From contig NC_042998.1 of assembly GCF_006345805.1 (NCBI RefSeq), positions 193,812,001 to 193,876,000 of the forward strand: a stretch of DNA of 64,000 nt, in the 5' to 3' direction. The notes under the pieces were generated by a model. It saw nothing but the letters and a program-made list of their open reading frames with translations, was not told where the DNA came from and did no database searches. This stretch comes from Octopus sinensis (lineage: Eukaryota). Shown one piece after another: positions 1 to 15,150 of the stretch. Each line of letters begins with the position of its first letter. The stretch's first letter is position 1. Made by a program: the position numbers and the translations under genes.

Positions 1-670
1 TTTCCACAAAGTTTTATATCGAGCAAATCTCTCTCACAAAGGTTTGCTAAACTCGTAAAGGCTGAAGACCTTTTTTCAAAAGTACGCAGAGATTGAACCT
101 AACGTCACGTAATATAAATTAAACATTCTGATTGATACTTACTTAAAAGTGCATTGTTGCTATACCCATCTTATCAATAACCAACCAGTAATGCACTTTT
201 ATTACATTTAAAACTGAATTCTTAACTTAATCCATATGCCTATCATACGTCTCATTAATTTTTTCCCCCTTTTACACCATTTTCATTACAACTTTTAAAA
301 CGTCCTTTTTTAGCTTCTAATTTTATATTTGTTTGGGGTTGTTAGGATTTTCTGAAAATATTCTTTTGGTATTTCTTTGATTTATTTTGAAAAAAGCACT
401 TTATTTCAATCTCAACTACACACATTTGACGTTTATGGAATGTTTTATAACTGCCAAGATTCAATCGCAAAGAAAAATATGCACGTAAGCTAAAATGCAG
501 AAAACAAAATAATAAAAAACGCGATTAAATTCTAATCACTTGTTAGCAAATTAAATAGTGTGTTCACATATAATATACACTTAGGCATGTGAATTGTATA
601 AAGCTACTTCTTGAAAACGTGTAACTGGATACCATCAGTTACATAATGTAGTTAAATACTAGTAATACTA

Positions 671-713
<43 letters not shown>

Positions 714-722
714 ATGTATGTA

Positions 723-883
723 GGTGCAGGAATGGCTATATGGTATGAAGCTTGCTTCTCAACCACATGGTTCCGGGTTCAGTCTCACTACGTGGCACCA
801 TGGGCAAGTGTTTTCTATTAAAGCCTCATGCCGACTGAAGCCTTGTGAATGGATTTGGAGGACAGAAACTGAAAAGAAGCCTG

Positions 884-937
<54 letters not shown>

Positions 938-979
938 ATGTGTGCATGTGTGCGTGTGTGTGTGTGTGTGTGTGCGTGC

Positions 980-1029
<50 letters not shown>

Positions 1030-1203
1030 CCCTACCTCGATCGCTTGACAACCGGTGCTGATTTGTTTACGTTCCCGTAACTAAACAGTTTCGGCAAAAA
1101 AGACCGACAGAATAAGTACCAGGCTTTAAACGTGAGTAAAACCCTGCAATGCGGTGCCCCACCATGTCCGCAATCTAATGACTGAAACAAGTAAAAGATA
1201 AAA
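723..1203 (+). mobile_element. SINE group A: tRNA-like head, internal (TG)n, CR1-type 3' tail; diverged copy
   Basis: Homologous end to end with the copies at 18663-19086 and 37607-38008. It has an A-box/B-box-like head (GGTTCAGTC) and a tail ending TGACTGAAACAAGTAAAAGA. Confidence 0.85.
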
Positions 1204-1223
1204 TGTGTGTGTGTGTTTGTGTG

Positions 1224-1260
<37 letters not shown>

Positions 1261-1799
1261 AGAATCCAAGAAGATTGATAGTAGTCGACAACAACAGGAC
1301 TTTTAGTATATGAAGAAAGAGTACAGGAACTTTGACAGTACAGTTTTGCTTAATGCTAAGAGTATTTTTGTGAATTTAACAAGCAAGAACAATGAACCTG
1401 AAATATACTATATAAAGACAAATGTAAATGATTTTTCATAAATTTTAATATTATAACCATAGCCATAAACAAACTGCTTCTGTATATGCGATTGTTTTAT
1501 CAGTGTACTTATAGATGTGGTTTCACATGTCCAAATCCCTAGCTGTAGTTATGTTAATCTTTATCATTTGATAGATCCATTTTGATGTTTTGATGAGTTT
1601 TTTTTTTTCTATTTCAAATAATTAGACATATACTGCAATGAACTGTTCCCCTAAACTAGCAAACCAATATGTTCTAGTGAAGGTTAGCTTTAGTACAGAA
1701 TTTTAAATTCTTAATGCATGGTCTAACTTTTTTGTTCCATTTCCCAAACACATACAAGTGTGTATAAATGCTCTATTGAAGTAAGGCATATATATATAA

Positions 1800-2850
1800 T
1801 GAAAACACAAATAGTGAGCGGTGTTCCACAGGGCACTGTCTTGGGACCACTGCTTTTCATACTGGCCCTCTCAGATATGCCCTCAACTGCTCGGATAGCC
1901 ACCTTTGCTAGCTACGTAGACAATACGAAAGTCTCTCAGAAAATACAGAACCCCAGCGCTGTTACATATCTACAGATGGGCTGAGGATAATAATATGCAG
2001 TTTAATGCTGAAAAATTCCAAGCTCTGCGCAACCAGCGTCCAAAACTGAATATGAAACTTAAAGGGTACACTGGTCCACAGGGCATTACAATCCCAGAGC
2101 CTAAATCAGTGAGGGACCTGGGTATCGACATGCCCTTTGCAAGTGCAGATTACCAGGATGGCGACAAAGTGCAAGCGACTGGCTGGATGGATTCAGAACC
2201 AGAAATAAGGAAACCATGATGGTCCTCTGGAGGACATTCGTCCTCAGCCGCATGGATTACTGCTCACAGCTATGGTCATCCAACAGTGTAAAATTAACAG
2301 CGGACCTTGAAACAATCCAGCGAAGCTTCACAAAGAAGATCGTCTCTTTGCAACTGTTCAGCGACTAGGAAAGACAGAAGCAGCTAAGACTCTACTTCCT
2401 GGAGCGAAGGCGGGAGAGGTATGCAGTAATATATATCTGGAAGATCCTGGAAGGAATTGTGCCAAATTTTAGCATTTTAAAGCTACACCAATGCCAGAAT
2501 GGGTCGACACTACACAGTGCTAAAGATCCCAGTAATGCCATCACGCTTCAGGACCAGTTACTGCAACAGCCTGGGTTTCAGGGGTCCACAGCTTTTTAAT
2601 ATTCTCCGAAAGAGCCTGAGGAACCTGCACAAAGTAGATGTAGGCGTTTTTAAATCAAGGCTGGACCTTTTCCTGTCGAGAGTTCTAGATGAACCTACCT
2701 CACGGCAAGAGGTGCAAATGAGGGTAGCTATATCAAACTCCATTCTTCACCAAGTGCCACATATTAGAGAAGGCTCTCAGTAATAACAGTGTAGCAAAAC
2801 GGCGGTGCTCCAGCATGAACACTGTTCTGAGCTGAAACTACAAAGTAAAA
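1800..2850 (+). mobile_element. 5'-truncated CR1-type LINE (ORF2 reverse transcriptase C-terminal half and 3' tail), frameshifted
   Basis: Peptides across frames: SGVPQGTVLGPLLF, NNMQFNAEKFQ, VRDLGI, LWRTFVLSRMDYCSQLWS, LERRRERYAVIYIWKILEGIVPN, GPQLFNIL...FKSRLDLFL...DEP. The 3' tail GGCGGTGCTCCAGCATG...GAGCTGAAAC lies at 2801-2850. Confidence 0.9.
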
Positions 2851-2918
2851 TATATGTGTGTGTGCATGTATGTATATATGTATTTATGTGTGTATGTGTG
2901 TGTATAGATAGATAGATC

Positions 2919-3015
<97 letters not shown>

Positions 3016-3659
3016 GAATATGACGGGCTTCTATATAGTTCCTGTCCACCAATTTACACTCGCAAACATTGCTCGTCTCAAAGCTACAGTAAAAGGTACT
3101 TGTACAATGTGCTGTGCAACGGGGTCAAATACAAACGTACGTGGATTGCTAGACGAAATTCTTAACTACAAAACTATCCTGTAAATCCTGCGATTCATTG
3201 ATATATGCTAGATTGTATTCGGAAACTGGAAAAAAAGCAAACGTTAGAGCTAGCATTAAAAATATAAGATTCTGCACTAACGATAAACTTCACTAGAACA
3301 TAGTCGTTCGCTAGCTTTAGACCAATAATTATTGCGGCAAATGTTTGATCATTTGCAATAGGAAACAAAAACAAAACTGTACAGCAAAACGTAAAAATGA
3401 TCCTACCAAATTATAAAGATTAACATAACTTCAGATAGTGTTCTGAACGTTGATGTGACGTCATTAGCTCACTTGCGAACGGTTTTAGTGTTGGTTTTCG
3501 ATTTTTAAAAATTTCCTTGTTTTTGTTTTTCTTCTTTCAATCGACCAATTACCACTTCGCATCTTAAGGCATCCCGCCGCCTTCCTTCGTCTTCTCTCCT
3601 GTACGAATTCACGAGGGAAGTATATTTGTTTGTATCGTCACATGTTGATCAATATTTAT

Positions 3660-5945
<2,286 letters not shown>

Positions 5946-6251
5946 TATAAACGTGTGGTGTGTGTTGGCATTATGTGTAACAAGTGAGTGTGCACACTGC
6001 CTATTATTAGATTGAATTAATATTTCCTTTTTATTATTCATATTCCGTTTTTGCTTTTTTGTTTGTTTTTGTTTTTTGTATTTTTTTATTTTCAAATTTT
6101 TACTTCACCACTTTTCCACCATTTTAGCTATCTCTGCTTTCTCAGTTTTCCTATACTATTTATTCTTTATTATTTTGTTGTAAGTCTTAACATACAATGG
6201 TATATATTTTCTTTCACTTGGTAGATATGTATGTATAAAAAAATAATAAAA

Positions 6252-6755
<504 letters not shown>

Positions 6756-6944
6756 TAATTTATATAAATAAGTAAATGGCTCAAATATATGACATATAAT
6801 CAATAACTTGCCAGAGTTGTACGGCTAAAAGTGTTAAGTTTGTTCCATATATGCAAGACGTTTGAGATCCAAGTAAATATTGCATTTTTGTGTTAAAATC
6901 TTCAGTTAAGCTTCGTTCAAGTCTCGCAGGCGTCTGTCACACAA

Positions 6945-7560
6945 ACACGTGTGTTTGCCTACATATGTGTGTGTGTGTAGATTTACACACACGTATATAT
7001 ATATATATGTGTGTGTTATGTGTGTGTGTGTGTGTGTGTGTATGTGTGTGTGTGTGTGCGGATATATATATACACATACATATAAATATATATATATAAT
7101 ATATATGCGTGTATGTATATACATACACACATGTATATATAAATACATAAAATATATACAATATGTATGTATGTATGTTTGTATATATGTATGTTTTATG
7201 TATGTATGTATGTATTTATGTATGTATGTATGTATGCATGCATGTATGTATGTTTGTATGTATATATGTATGTATGTATGCATGTATGTGTGTATGTATG
7301 CATGTATGTGTGTATGTATGTACGTATGTATGTACGTATGTATGTATGCATGTATGTATGTTTGTATGTATGCATGTATGTATGTTTGTACGTATGTATG
7401 TATATATGTATGTATGTATGTGTGTGTGTATGTATGTATGTGTGTGTGTATGTATGTATGCATGTATGTATGTATGTATGTGTGTGTATGTATGTATGTA
7501 TGTATGTATGTATGTATGTATGTATGTATGTATGTGTGTATGTATGTATGTATATATGGA
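6945..7560. repeat. (TG)/(TA)/(ATGT)n compound microsatellite
   Basis: Seen directly. Confidence 0.95.
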
Positions 7561-7654
7561 TAGGCGATAAGCCATAATTGTGACAAGACAGAAACAAACA
7601 CAACTTTGCTTTTACTTCCCAATATCTTAGCTTTTGATGGTAAATGCTGTTAGA

Positions 7655-8045
7655 GGAGGTTCAGTGGTGGCGGCGACCGCGGTGGTTGAGGTTGATGTTC
7701 TTGATGGTATGGTTGGCGGGGAACTGATGATGGTATAATGGTGTTGTAACTGGTGGTGGCGGTGGGGATAATGGTGGTAGTGGTTGTGATGACAGTGAGG
7801 CTGTTTATGATGATGATGATGATCGTGGTGGTGGTGGGTGGTGGTGGTGGTGGTGGTGGTGGTGGTTGTGGTGGTGCTGGTGGCGGTGGTGGTTGTGGTG
7901 GTGGTGGTGGTGGTGGTGTTTGTGATGGTGGTCGTGGTGGTGGTCGTGGTGTAGCTGTTATTGTTGTTTCTGCATTTACTGCTTCGGTTGCTGCTGCTGC
8001 TGCTGTTGATTTAGCTATAATTGCTTTCGTTCCGGCTGTGCTGTA
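7655..8045. repeat. Low-complexity (GGT)/(GAT)/(GCT) trinucleotide tract
   Basis: Seen directly; a similar mixed tract lies at 23750-24030. Confidence 0.85.
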
Positions 8046-8355
8046 ATTAACTTTGCTGCTTCATTTACAGTTGATTCTGTTGTTTTAATCTCATTAGGTT
8101 GGCAGCATCGTTTGAACGTCGGACAAAATATCTCAATAGTGTCTAGTTAAGTCCTTTTACATTCAGATTTCAAATCCTGCGTAGTCAAATTTACAGTTTG
8201 TCTTCCTGAATTCGGCAAAATAATTACAAGAGTATGCTGAAAACTTCCTGTCTTTGGGCAAAAGAAAACATAGGAAGATCGGTTAATTATTACACACATG
8301 TGAGTGGGAACACTTTGAGATATTTTTGGTATCTAACATATGTCAGATACTGCGA

Positions 8356-8466
8356 GCACTGCTTCTGATTGGTCAATCCATGGTGATGACCCGAGGTCAC
8401 GGTGACAGCGCTGCTTCTGATTGGTCATTTCATGGTGATGACTCGAGGTCACGGTGACGGCACTAC
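8356..8466 (+). repeat. 52-bp tandem duplication containing an ATTGG (CCAAT) box and an AGGTCA half-site
   Basis: CTGCTTCTGATTGGTC...GAGGTCACGGTGAC starts at 8359 and again at 8411. Confidence 0.9.
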
Positions 8467-8554
8467 TTTTGTCATTCATAAGTTACAACTAAACGTGAAG
8501 AATTTAGTTATTGGGTTAATAAAATATGGTCGTTTATTCGTGTGTAATAAATAA

Positions 8555-8698
8555 AATACCAAACTCATTCCCTATGGATACCGTATTTATTACAACTCGT
8601 GGCTTGTAAACGTATCTAACTCGCTTTCGCTCGTTAGATACGTTTACAAGCCACTCGTTGTAATAAATACGGTATCCATAGGGAACTCGTTTGGTATT
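8555..8698. repeat. Near-perfect palindrome with 66-bp arms
   Basis: 8555-8620 is the reverse complement of 8633-8698 except at two short bulges. Confidence 0.95.
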
Positions 8699-8904
8699 CT
8701 CTATTTATGATTTTACTCAACATATTACCCTCTAGCTTCACATACCAATTGCAGCGGTCCTTCAGTTTTTCTAAGCCCTGTGAAAGAACTCGGAATGTTG
8801 GACCTCCAACCAGGCCCTTCAAGATACCCTTAAAGCCAGGAACTTTTCAGCACACCCTCATCAGTGAAGTACTGGAGGTGATAAAATTGATTATTTGATC
8901 AACC

Positions 8905-9185
8905 AAAAAGCATAGCCTAGTGAGGCCGTAAGTGCACTACACCAGACATATCCTTCTACTCCCAACTTTCACATTATCTTTTCCGCCATCTTTCGCAGGT
9001 TGCTCATCCACCCAATTCGTAGTTCACCTCTGCCTTTTTTACCGTGTGTTTGTCTGTTTGTCAAGTGATTATACTCTCCTCACCAAAATATCCTTGCAGC
9101 TCTTCTAAATTCCAAGCTTGTACATCATACCAACTTTCTGTTGTAAACATTCTGTCGTTGCTTTTTAAATGTCCATTTTTACTCA
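8905..9185 (-). mobile_element. Possible highly decayed RTE-type LINE 3' fragment
   Basis: Weak frameshifted similarity to the GKRxRGRPRxxWMD motif (GKRQR..LRIGWMSNL); recalled motif only. Confidence 0.3.
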
Positions 9186-9718
9186 GAAATAATGGTTTTG
9201 ACTTTAAGCATTAACAATTTATTACATATAAATTATGATTGCAATAATGCATTATTGGTCTGTCTTTCTTTCAATAAGATTGTTATTTGTCTTATCACTA
9301 ATTGCGTAGTGAATAAAAATATGATTATCCTTATTTCATAAGGATCCCCAGTTCGAATCCAATGTGGTACTAAGTACACGATTTAAGATCAAAATGTAGT
9401 GTAGATTTAATCATTGTGTGTTGTGCATGTAATCATTCGAAAGACCAAAACACATCATTTCTAAGGCTAAATTTTATTAAAATATATGCGCGCGCACATA
9501 TGTATAGATAGATAAAAAGACAGGCAAGCAGGCAGGCAGATAGATAGACGGACAGCTACATACATACATACATCTCTACGTCACAATAAATGTATATACG
9601 CAGTTGAAAGGCGTGATGCGAGTGACTTACGAGACCCCTGCATTCACAAGTCACAAGAAAGACTAAATGCGTCTGACGTTCTTGTGATCACTGCTGCGAC
9701 AATGTTCGCGTCGCTCCG

Positions 9719-9811
<93 letters not shown>

Positions 9812-10691
9812 TATTAACTCAACGTGACGATTAAGAGATCTTCACAGACATAAAATAAAGCATGCCGCCTTTCAAAGGTATATTTATATTTAGCATGATA
9901 CACAGAGGGCGATTTTAATTAAATGCTGTTTCAATTACATTCACTGGATTTTTCTACAGCTCGGCAAGCTTTTCACGATATCAGTGAATGTAGTATTCAT
10001 TGTCTCCTACATATCGAAGGTACGAAGGTCAAGGAAATAAGAAACGGGTATGCAGCACTGTCAAGCCCAAAAAGGCAAAGGGCCTCTGTCGTTTCACACA
10101 CGTGCTCACACACATACACACACACACACACACACACATACATACATACATACATACATACATACATACATACATACATTCGCTGATTAACAAAACTTGT
10201 GGTCAAAATCGTCCCATCCGTGACTATTCCGTTTTATTTTTAGCGTGGACTACATTATCCAATATATCCTCTCTTGTGAGTAAATTTTGGCTGCTATCTA
10301 TAGCAGGTCAAGAGACTCTGTAGGTGTTCCTTTGTTCGGTAGCGCAATCGGTAGAATATCAATCTCATAATCAATCACTTAGTACTGTTGTTGTTATTGT
10401 TATTGTAATTATTATTTGCGTTCTTATTTTACATCTGGTTTTGTTTTTTGTTTTAATTTCATTATTTTTTACTAATTTATTATAGAAATAGATGACTTGG
10501 AAAACAAAGTTGTTGTTGTTGTTGTTGTTGTTCTTCTTCTTCTTCTTCTTCCACTACCACTACTACTACTACTATCATCACCAGCTCTTGTTATTTTTGT
10601 TGTTGGTCATGCATGTTGTTATTTTATCGGTTGATTTTGAGGAGGATAAATCAGAGAAAAAAAAATAAATAAATAGATTTCTCTACCGAAT

Positions 10692-10729
<38 letters not shown>

Positions 10730-11897
10730 ACAGCTGTTACTATTTGATTTTGCAAAAATTTTTTCCGGCATTATTTTTATTATTATCATTTATTTATTCA
10801 TTCTTTTGTTTATTTATTTATTATAGAAGCTTCTAGAAATAATATTTTCCATTCGTTACAAGAATATATTTATTTAGTTTCTTTGCATCATTTTTATTAA
10901 TTCTATTTTAGTTTCTCTTACGTGAAAAAAAAAAAGTAATTTTCTTCACATTTATTAAACTATTTTTCTTTTTTGCCTCTGTATTTCGATTTTTATGTGG
11001 TTTTAAAATTTTTTACCTATGCATGCATGCGTGCGTGTGTCCATGCATACGCGTGTGTGTGTGTGTGTGCGCGGCGTACGTTCCAATAGAGTTGGTGTCT
11101 GGAGTCATGATGAGAAGAACATATTCACACACGAAGTGATATCCGCCAAGGAAATACTGTAAATACGTAATATTGCTAAGAGACCTTCAGAAAATAATTC
11201 TTTGAATCATAACCTGAAATGGATTCGATGTTGATATTGATATATTTACACTTCGATTTTCATCGATATTTGTATTGATAGCTTTCGCCAGCCAACTTAG
11301 ACATTTATCATTTCATTCCAACTTCCGTCTGCTTATTTCCCCATTATTTTTTTTTTTCTCATTTAAAAAAATTTTTATCCCTGGCTGTTTACTGGAAGGT
11401 GTCATTGTCTACTTAAGCTCTACGCCATTTTCTAGAGTCTGGAACTTGATAGTAGTTGTAATATCACGGTAATCTATAATCATGACGTCCCAGGGTATCG
11501 CGTAGGAATAGTCGGGGGGGGGGCAGGGGCTATGAGAGGGATCCCATCGTATTCGAACTGTAGTATTTCCTGGGATCAGAGAAAATGTTCGCTCTCATTG
11601 AAAACTAACCTATACAGAAAATAGGGGCACAGCAAACGAGAACGTTGCACCCGCTAATAAAAATCCTCTCAGAGCCTCTGAATGCAGCTTGTTGTTGTAT
11701 AAACTACACAGTAGTCTTATTGTGAGCTATAGTAAGCTGCTGCTCTTGTTGCTGCTGTTGAGAAATCCAGGTCAGTACTGGACAAACAAACCTATTGTTA
11801 AATGAGGCTATAACAATCCCCAATTCCATCTGTGAGAATGCCCTCTTTTATTCTGGTATAGTGCATCCAGGGCTACACAGTCCAATATTACCCTTTC

Positions 11898-11899
<2 letters not shown>

Positions 11900-11949
<50 letters not shown>

Positions 11950-12114
11950 GTTATTATTATTATTGCTGTTGTTATTATTATTGTTGTTATTATTATTATT
12001 GTTATTGTTGTTGTTGCTATTGTTATTGTTGTTGTTGTTGTTGTTGCTATTATTATTATTATTATCATTATTATTATCATTATTATTATTATTATTATAG
12101 TAGTAGTAGTAGTA

Positions 12115-12164
<50 letters not shown>

Positions 12165-12165
12165 T
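11900..12165. repeat. (TAT)/(TGT)/(TAG) trinucleotide array
   Basis: Seen directly. Confidence 0.95.
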
Positions 12166-12720
12166 TGAGTGAGAGAGCAGCGCATGCCATCAAAGTGACA
12201 CTGGGGTAAAATATACGAAGCCCAATATACACATCATGACTACCCGTCTGATAAGGGTGTACCAGGCACATGCATCACAACCTTATGTGCGCGACATGAT
12301 TTCATATCAAGATAAACACCACATGACCTTGCAGGTGGGACCCAGTTAGAATTTTCTTCTGGTCGAGTAGCCAATCCTGCTCAAAAGGTCCCTGAATAAG
12401 GGTTGTTTAAGGTTGTTGAATGAAACACCCATGTTTCCAAAGGTGAATTATTCAAACTCCAAAGAATTCCTCTCAACACATGGCTATGATGCTCCCCCAT
12501 TACTTCTGTTCGTGATCAGAGAGTCACATATCATCAGCCACTAAGGGACATGCTCAACTGGTTAAGGTCAAACAACTAAGAAGCAAATCTGTGATATTGA
12601 GCAGAATATTTGCTGTAGCCCATCTTTTATACCAAGGCAAAACAATGTACATGATAACACTTCCAATCAGTGAAGATCAGAAGTCATGAGAGCCACTGCT
12701 TGGTACTGCATCAGGGCATT
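12165..12720 (-). mobile_element. Probable retroelement-derived insert between trinucleotide arrays (class unresolved)
   Basis: About 550 bp of GC-richer, complex sequence bounded by (TAC/AAT)n and (AAC)n. No clear ORF and a single copy in the window. Confidence 0.35.
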
Positions 12721-12724
12721 TATT

Positions 12725-12928
12725 GTTGTTGTTGTTGTTATTTTATTTTCATATACACACAAGAAATTAGACTTTTGGAAAATAAAAAATCCTAACATCG
12801 GGCTACAACAAGTAACTTTAGATGCCAAGAACCCTCCTAAGTATCCTAGCTGTCCCGAATAACACTGTTTTCTGGAGCTGTACTAAACTGGGTTTTATGC
12901 CTATTTCCTCTATCCAACTGATATTTAT
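12725..12928 (-). mobile_element. 3' end of a restriction-like-endonuclease non-LTR retrotransposon (R4/Dong-like)
   Basis: Minus strand reads WIEEIGIKPSLVQLQKTVLFGTARILRRVLGI*, the typical RLE-LINE C-terminus, followed by a short UTR and an (AAC/AAT)n tail. Confidence 0.8.
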
Positions 12929-12934
12929 TCTATG

Positions 12935-12972
<38 letters not shown>

Positions 12973-12974
12973 AC

Positions 12975-13125
12975 AATGGGATTCTTTCAGTTTCCGTCTA
13001 CCAAATCCACTCACAAGGCTTTGGTCGGCCCGAGGCTATAGTAGGTGCCACGCAGTGGGACTGAACCCGGAACCATGTGGTTGGGAAGCAAGCCTCTTAC
13101 CACACAGCCACGCCTGCGCTTGCCA
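12975..13125 (-). mobile_element. SINE group A, 5' half
   Basis: Matches the 5' half of 18663-19086. Confidence 0.85.
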
Positions 13126-13761
13126 CGTACAGGCTGATTTGCTATCTATCTAGCCAGCCTCCTTTCGACTGTGTAAATAACGTTCACTTTCTTCTCACAT
13201 AATGTCACATTTCAGCTGATTGCAAAGCTCGACCGTAAAGCATTTTAGCTTCTGACGCAGTTACCACTTATCAGAGTTTCAACATCAGGATTCATTTAAA
13301 CACTGAACTACTAATTCTCTACACAATTTCCTTCAGCGCAGCCTTTCTAATGAACTAGATAATAATCACATTATACATTCAACATCAAAGACAGATATCG
13401 GCAAAATTGTTGAACCCTTAAGGTTATCTTGAAATGTTGAATCCTTCCGTTGCACCTGTAAGTTCCCTTTATTATTGTCATGATTGCTTTGTTGTAAGTT
13501 GCAATTTGCCTTTAACTTAATAATTGTCCTTGTAATATAACAACTGTCTGCGGGCGGGAGTTAAGCAGTTATTTCCACAAATGTATTAAATTAAAAGGAA
13601 ACTGCAGTTAACGAAAACACAAACTAAAGGTAAAGAAACATTTGTAGAAGAAAAATTACGGATTCGTATGCATGCCAACTGCGCTAAGATTGTATAGAAC
13701 TATTTTTGTGTATTTGTACGTCCATATATACATACATACAGACAGACATATATGAGTACAC

Positions 13762-13879
<118 letters not shown>

Positions 13880-14028
13880 GTAGATGTGTGTATTTTTCCC
13901 TCGTTAATAATTAACACGGAAAAAATAGATAATTAGTTACCAGGGTAGCAAAAAAATCACATAAGTAAAAAGATTGTAGCTTCTTGTTTTTAAGGGTAGA
14001 AATATTTTGTATAATATATATAAATAAA

Positions 14029-14248
14029 TAAATGGAGTTAAACGCAGGTGTTATTCAAATTCTTTTACTTCCGATACATACTTCGAAGATATCACTGGTA
14101 TTATTCCAATGTAATCTTCTCTTCTGGGAAATTAAGAAATGAAACTCATCAATAAGACGTTTTAACAGAAAATGATGGATATGTATATCTTCGAAACATG
14201 TGTCGGAAGTAAAAGAATTTGAATAACACCAGCGCTTAACTCCATTTA
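14029..14248. mobile_element. Fold-back of a Penelope-type terminal repeat (about 62-bp inverted arms) with a decayed hammerhead
   Basis: 14029-14092 is inverted to 14185-14248, and the arms align with the PLE end at 29750-29810. The minus strand reads TTTCC-CAGAAGA-GAAGAT...ATCTTC-GAAG-TATGTATC-GGAAG. Confidence 0.7.
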
Positions 14249-14573
14249 TATATATACATATTCACGTATATTTTGTATTTAGGCACGTTGGATGCATGTA
14301 CGTATGTGTGTCTGTATATATATATAATATATATATATATTATATATATATATTATATATATATATATACATACATACATATATACATATATATAATGTA
14401 TGTATGTATATAGAAACAATTATTGAGATAATCAAATTAGACACATCAAATATATTAAATATATTAAGCATATCAAATACAACAAATGTATATATGTATA
14501 CATGCAAAGCGGGAGAAAGCAGAAGATGAATGATGAACTTATCTCTATTAATATATGTATATATTTGTATAAA

Positions 14574-14937
14574 TAGATCCAACTTACACAGAGTACAAAT
14601 GAAAGAGAAACTTAAAGGGATGGAATAAAGGTGTCGTGAGTTCAACAGCTGTTTCTGGAGGCTCGGCGATCCATAATAAAGTTGGTAGATTTAGTCCATC
14701 ACAAAATACGGCCGTATGGATGCATTTAACATAGGATGTGACGAGTCTCCTTCATCAGGGTAGAGAAGGCTAGCCCGTCCTATCCTATGCTAAATGCATC
14801 CATATGGCCATATTTTGTGATGGACTAAATCTACCAGCATTATCACCGAGCCCCAGAAACAGTTGTTTGGTTCATGATACTTTTATTCCACCTTTTTAAA
14901 TTTCTCTAGCATTTGTACTCTGTATAAGTTGGACCTA
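14574..14937. mobile_element. Fold-back element with about 160-bp inverted arms (MITE-like or PLE-derived)
   Basis: Ends are TAGATCCAACTTA and TAAGTTGGACCTA. The arms align through GGATGCATTTA.CATAGGAT around a spacer of about 40 bp. Confidence 0.8.
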
Positions 14938-15150
14938 CTCTTTTACTTGTTTCAGTCATTTGACTGTGGCCATGCTGGAACACCGCCTTTAGTCGAGCAA
15001 ATCGACCTCAGGGCTTATTCTTTGTAAGTCTAGTACTTATTCTATCGGTATCTTTTGCCGAACCGCTAAGTAACGGAGACGTAAACACACCTGCATCAGT
15101 TGTCAAGCGATGTTTGGGGGACAAACACAAACACATAAACACACATAAAT
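14938..15150 (-). mobile_element. SINE group A, 3' half
   Basis: Matches 18663-18880. Confidence 0.85.

Noticed and set aside
3456-3463. CRE palindrome TGACGTCA
   Set aside because: A single 8-mer is expected about once per window by chance, with no supporting promoter evidence.
7753-8046. Gly/Val-rich 97-aa ORF
   Set aside because: It lies wholly within a GGT/GAT/GCT tract with no splice or domain evidence.
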